Origin: a virus
IMG/VR virus record: IMGVR_UViG_3300045988_083295
Span: 1-64,000 of that record
DNA: 64,000 nucleotides
Reading direction: 5' to 3' (one strand)
Part shown: positions 62,317 to 64,000 of the stretch, piece after piece
Layout of the letters: every line of letters starts with the position of its first letter
Numbering within the stretch: position 1 is the stretch's first letter
Position numbers and translations under genes: made by a program
The notes under the pieces: model-generated
Database searches by the model: none
Told to the model about the DNA's origin: nothing
The model's input: the letters and a program-made list of their open reading frames with translations, nothing else

Positions 62317-62676
62317 ATGACTAAAGAAGAAACAAAAAAACTTATTGCCGTCATGCAAGCCTATGTTGATGGCAAGGAGATTGAGTTCTACGATGTGAAT
62401 GACGAAAAATGGGTGACCACAGAAACCCCTTTATGGAGCCCTAATATTAGATACAGAGTTCGACCTATGCATAAGTATAGACCCTTCGAATCATCAGAGG
62501 AATGCTGGAACGAGATGCTCAAACATGAACCTTTCGGTTGGATTAAGGATCATGACGGTATCTATTTCCAAATCCAAAGTACAGATGGTAGCGAAGGTCG
62601 GTTTGAACGTAGCTTCAAACGATACACCTTCGTTGACGGCAAGCCCCTCGGAGTAATCGAAGAAGAATCAAAATAA
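62317..62676 (+). CDS. Hypothetical protein.
   Basis: 119-aa ORF. Confidence 0.55.
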   Translation: MTKEETKKLIAVMQAYVDGKEIEFYDVNDEKWVTTETPLWSPNIRYRVRPMHKYRPFESSEECWNEMLKHEPFGWIKDHDGIYFQIQSTDGSEGRFERSFKRYTFVDGKPLGVIEEESK

Positions 62677-62683
62677 CAGACAC

Positions 62684-62830
62684 ATGTTAGATATTAGCAG
62701 AGACCCCTACAGCTACACCGAGAAGGACTTTCCCCTTCCCGTGCCCGACAAGCAGCTCACTCCGAAGCAATTCGGGCAATTGCGTGACAACATGTCACGC
62801 TTTAAGCGAAACAAAGGGAAAAGGAAATAA
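62684..62830 (+). CDS. Possible 48-aa protein.
   Basis: ATG to TAA read by hand. Fills a gap. Too short for the ORF track. Confidence 0.3.
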   Translation: MLDISRDPYSYTEKDFPLPVPDKQLTPKQFGQLRDNMSRFKRNKGKRK

Positions 62831-62835
62831 AGTAT

Positions 62836-63069
62836 ATGTGGTTAAAAGAAAGCAATAGACCTAAACACTTTGTTTACGCCATCCCGGCAGCATTTGTAGG
62901 AACTATCCTATTTGCTGCCGGGCTGGCAGTGGGCATGGAGTTCAAGGATAAGCAGTATGGTGGTGACTTCGACTGGCTCGACATCGCTGCAACGATTATT
63001 GGTGGACTTGTCGGACAGATATTGCAAGTGATGGCGATTTGGTCCATCCATTTTCTATTCTTAGAGTAA
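62836..63069 (+). CDS. Small membrane protein.
   Basis: Two hydrophobic helices. 77 aa. Confidence 0.5.
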   Translation: MWLKESNRPKHFVYAIPAAFVGTILFAAGLAVGMEFKDKQYGGDFDWLDIAATIIGGLVGQILQVMAIWSIHFLFLE

Positions 63070-63107
63070 TGGCGTATGATACCCGAAGACAGTTGTACTG
63101 ATAGAAT

Positions 63108-63278
63108 ATGTTGAACGGTAAACTACAACCCGAACCTTGCACCAAGTGTGCGAAGTTCATGACACCACAATGTGACTACGGTTACAGCAATGGTGCGTCT
63201 CACCCTTGTCAAGGGTGGGGACAGAAAGCTAAAAAGTATTACGAACCAATTAAACGCAAGAAGAATGAGCGAGAATAA
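63108..63278 (+). CDS. Possible 56-aa Cys-rich (zinc-ribbon-like) protein.
   Basis: Read by hand: MLNGKLQPEPCTKCAKFMTPQCDY...HPCQGW. The stop overlaps the dUTPase start. Confidence 0.3.
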   Translation: MLNGKLQPEPCTKCAKFMTPQCDYGYSNGASHPCQGWGQKAKKYYEPIKRKKNERE

Positions 63279-63789
63279 CATTCAAACCAACGAAACAAAA
63301 TCAAAGATTAAGATTATCGGAGTATATCCGCAGACCAAAAAACATCTGTATGAGGTATATGCTACGCCTATCAAGTTCAAGAAGCTGCACCCCGATGCCG
63401 TTACGCCTACACACGCCTACTTCGGTGATGCAGGGTTCGACCTGACAGCTGTAGGAAAGAAGATTGACAGAACCAACCGATGCATTATCTACAACATCGG
63501 CATTGCCGTTGAGATTCCACTCGGCTATGCCATGTTTATCTTCCCACGCTCGTCAGCATACAAGCATGATGCTCTTATGGCGAACTGTGTGGGCGTAATC
63601 GATTCGGGGTATCGTGGGGATATTCACGTTATGTTCAAGGGGCTTGACGCTAACTATAACGTTGGAGATCGTATCGCTCAGGCCGTCATCTTGAAGGTTG
63701 ACCCATTCTATTTTAAGGAAGCGGATGAGTTGTATGTCGGCTCTCGCGGTGAGAATGGTCTTGGTAGCAGCGGAGTAAAAAACAACTAA
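63265..63789 (+). CDS. dut: dUTP diphosphatase (trimeric dUTPase).
   Basis: Motifs AGFDL, PRSS, GVIDSGYRGD, GDRIAQ and RGENGLGSSG. Confidence 0.85.
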   Translation: MSENNIQTNETKSKIKIIGVYPQTKKHLYEVYATPIKFKKLHPDAVTPTHAYFGDAGFDLTAVGKKIDRTNRCIIYNIGIAVEIPLGYAMFIFPRSSAYKHDALMANCVGVIDSGYRGDIHVMFKGLDANYNVGDRIAQAVILKVDPFYFKEADELYVGSRGENGLGSSGVKNN

Positions 63790-63802
63790 CATTTAAAAGA
63801 AT

Positions 63803-64000
63803 ATGGATAAATACATTCTGAAGATGACTGTCCTCGCTGAGGGCATGTCGATGGAAGAAGCACAAGAGAAGGGCTATCTCAACAGAATAGATGCCGAGAA
63901 GATGCTCAGCAAGGGAGGTATCATGACGGGTGCACTCGTTCGGTACGAGAATGGATATCAGTCGTGGATGCCAGAAGATGTGTTCAATTCGTGTAGAAAG
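63803..64000 (+). CDS. Hypothetical protein, 3'-truncated by the window edge.
   Basis: ATG 63803, open to the end of the window. Confidence 0.45.
   Translation, partial: MDKYILKMTVLAEGMSMEEAQEKGYLNRIDAEKMLSKGGIMTGALVRYENGYQSWMPEDVFNSCRK

Noticed and set aside
1-64000. Genome-wide stop-codon reassignment, as seen in some gut phages.
   Set aside because: TGA ends the giant ORF, TAG ends terL, and TAA ends the capsid candidate and many other genes. ORFs are long under the standard code. Only one isolated in-frame TAA (54958) stands out.
1-64000. CRISPR arrays, a diversity-generating retroelement, or a retron.
   Set aside because: The only repeat sets are coding tandem repeats (1-90, 48100-48330), iterons (51931-52006) and switch or attP repeats, none with spacer-repeat periodicity. 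I saw no reverse-transcriptase YxDD-type motif in any ORF translation.

Overview
The whole 64-kb window reads as phage DNA; I see no obvious host chromosomal genes. It is most likely a temperate phage of a Bacteroidota host. Several genes are preceded by Bacteroidota-style promoters (TTTG or CTTG, about 20 nt, then TAnnTTTG), and the integrase and repressor types fit that host group. I could not recognise tail-tube or tape-measure genes. Layout: (i) 1-16.4 kb holds virion-internal-type proteins, dominated by one uninterrupted 5,095-codon ORF with many enzyme-like modules (polyvalent-protein architecture). (ii) 16.5-39.9 kb holds packaging, head, fibre and lysis genes: TerL, a scaffold-like protein, a major-capsid candidate, portal, several fibres, a GT2 glycosyltransferase, holin, a PLC-like phosphodiesterase and a GH108 endolysin. 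(iii) 40.1-46.6 kb is a minus-strand lysogeny block (hicAB, tyrosine integrase, S24 CI-like repressor, extra HTH proteins, two membrane-tethered winged-helix paralogues) facing a rightward early operon across a readable genetic switch. (iv) 46.7-47.3 kb carries two canonical tRNAs and two aberrant tRNA-like elements. (v) 47.4-64 kb holds early and replication genes: a RecT-like annealing protein with YqaJ exonuclease, HU, VRR-NUC, a replisome organiser with internal iterons, a DnaC-like loader, a Dam/DpnM methylase next to a restriction-enzyme stub, GNAT, an SPFH lipoprotein and dUTPase. The integrase sits mid-window with phage genes on both sides, so this is the attP-intact (vegetative or circular) permutation, not an integrated prophage end. 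The standard code appears to be in use, because TAA, TAG and TGA all terminate well-supported genes. Everything here comes from reading the sequence and the supplied ORF translations by eye. No searches or folding programs were run, and family names are motif-level recognitions from memory. The strongest candidates for something new are the giant polyvalent ORF, the PLC-like enzyme inside the lysis cassette, the duplicated promoter-operator module that sets up convergent transcription through the lysogeny genes, the aberrant tRNA-like elements, and a TAA-interrupted paralogue.
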